DNA of 63,324 nucleotides, counting the filler, from Octopus bimaculoides (lineage: Eukaryota): NCBI RefSeq assembly GCF_001194135.2. It is 6 parts of 6 records of this genome, joined end to end, with 100 filler letters (N's around TTAATTAATTAA, not from the genome) between each part and the next. Parts side by side here need not be neighbours in the genome. Positions count along the whole stretch, not along the records: positions 59,946 to 63,324 come from NC_069007.1; 5 more parts are not named here. The stretch is one strand, 5' to 3'. The notes under the pieces were generated by a model that saw only the letters and a program-made list of their open reading frames with translations, was not told the DNA's origin and made no database searches. Made by a program: the position numbers and the translations under genes. Below, in pieces: positions 61,760 through 63,324 of the stretch. Each line of letters opens with the position of its first letter. Within the stretch, counting starts at the first letter, position 1.

Positions 61760-62370
61760 TCATTCATCCATTTATCAATCCATCTGTCCGCCCGTTCCTC
61801 CATCCATCCATCCATCCATCCATCCGTCGGTCTGTCGGTCCGTCCGTCGGTCCGTCTGTCTGCCGGTCCGTCTATCTATCTTTCTATCTATCCACCCATC
61901 CACCCATCCAGCCAGTTAGCCAGCCAGCCAGCCATCTGTCTGTCTGTCTGTCTAGCTATCTATCCATCCATCCATCCATCTACCCATCCATCCATCCATC
62001 CACCCATCCATTCATACACTCGCCCATCCACCTATCCAGCCATCCACCCGTCTGTCCGTCTGTCTATCTATCTTTCTCTCTATCCACCCATCCATCCATC
62101 CAGCGAGCCAGCCTATGTATCTGTCTAGCTACCTACCTACCTATCTATCTATCCATCCATCCATCTACCCATCCATCCATCCATTCAGACATCCACCTAT
62201 CCATCCCTCCATCCATCCGTCCGTCCGTCTGTCCGTCTGTCTGTCCATCTATCTATCTATCTTTCTATCTATCCACCCATCCAGCCACCGAGCCAGCCAA
62301 TCTGTCTATCTGTTTGTCTGTCTATCTATCTATCCATCCATCCATCCATCCACACATCCATCCATCTCCC
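61760..62370. repeat. Mosaic tetranucleotide array (CCAT/CTAT/CTGT/CCGT/CCAG) with higher-order repetition
   Basis: The block TATCTATCTTTCT(A/C)TCTATCCACCCATCC recurs near 61872, 62064 and 62254. Confidence 0.85.
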
Positions 62371-62596
62371 TAATCACAAGGTCATAAAAACTTCAAATTT
62401 CGGTACAAGGCCAGCAATTTCCGGGGAGGGGCAAGTCGATTACTTTGCAGTAATGTCAAAGGAATAGCTCAGCGTATTTTATGAAAAGCCACAGATATAA
62501 AATAAGGACGTTAATAACGAGGATTCCGTCAGCGCATCAAAACGACGTCAAATCCAAGAAATAAATACGTTATAATTTTCTTATACCAGTTAAAGG

Positions 62597-62766
62597 GTGG
62601 AGGCGCAATGGCCCAGTGGTTAGGGCAGCGGACTCGTGGTCGTAGGATCGCGGTTTCGATTCCCAGACCGGGCGTTGTGAGTGTTTATTAAGCGAAAACA
62701 CCTAAAGCTTCACGAGGCTCCGGCAGGGGGACGGTGGCGAACCCTGCTGTACTCTTTCACCACAAC
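62597..62766 (+). mobile_element. SINE family C, 3'-truncated
   Basis: Same head; similarity stops at ..CACCACAAC. Confidence 0.9.
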
Positions 62767-62924
62767 AAAGAAACGTGGACAAAATGAAAAACAGAACATA
62801 AAAAAAGCACGGAAAACAAACTTTATTTCGGAGAACGGTAGGAACACACAGGAAAACAGACAGGCCACATAGAGAACATTTCCTTCATCAGCTGCCTCTA
62901 TTCTAAACTAAACGTTTCGAAGAA

Positions 62925-63089
62925 TTACGATGGACTTCTTTCAGTTCCCGTCTATCAAATCCACTCGCAAGGCTTTGGTTGGCCCCAGGCTATAGCAGAA
63001 GACACCTGCCCAACGTGCCAAGTTGTGAGACTGAACCCAGAACAATGTGATTGGTAAGCAAGCTACTTACTAAAAACCACTCCTACGCT
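62925..63089 (-). mobile_element. SINE family A 5' half
   Basis: Reverse complement of the family A head (..GCAAGCTACTTAC..CCACTCCTACGC). Confidence 0.85.
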
Positions 63090-63324
63090 GACACTCGTTG
63101 ATGCTGCATCGAAGAGGCCAGGGAATGGAAGAAAGAAGACATACACCCAACACCAGAGCTGAAGACACCTCCGAAAGGAGGGGCCCCGCCACGTCAAAAC
63201 GGTAGAGGAGTAGGGGCCGAAACCGGACGTGGTTCCTCCTGATAATGTCTTCAGCTAACTGGATCCGAATCCACCAAGGGAAGGTATGTCGGAAGAAAGT
63301 AATTCAACAACGCGGGTTGATGAA

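Noticed and set aside
62870-62925. Minus-strand GAAAC..CTGATGA resembling a permuted hammerhead (and CTGAAGA..GAAAC at 27220-27252)
   Set aside because: Helix I/II complementarity is missing.

Overview
Repeat-dense, gap-rich eukaryotic scaffold: roughly a fifth of it is N, and most of the rest is microsatellites and decayed transposable elements. The SINE families look, from memory, like those of an octopod cephalopod; this is unverified. The only protein-coding sequences I can firmly support are two intact, intronless, tandem, same-strand AIMP1/p43 (EMAP II domain) paralogs at 53547-54404 and 58779-59639, about 77% identical in protein by manual alignment. The 4.4-kb interval between them contains three fold-back hairpins within about 1 kb. 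One hairpin carries a complete type-I hammerhead ribozyme core (55930-55997) whose 3' half is covered by an upstream antisense arm. The interval also holds RTE, Penelope GIY-YIG and piggyBac relics. Elsewhere there are at least four tRNA-head SINE families, three CR1-type LINE 3' ends (two share their tail with one SINE family), an R4/Dong 3' end in (TAA)n, a Helitron relic, several MITEs/fold-backs and a few unassigned exon-like islands. Apart from the two AIMP1 ORFs and a few short ORFs on TE relics, the supplied ORF track is mostly microsatellite or N-gap artefact. All alignments and coordinates were read by eye; the ends of TE fragments are approximate.
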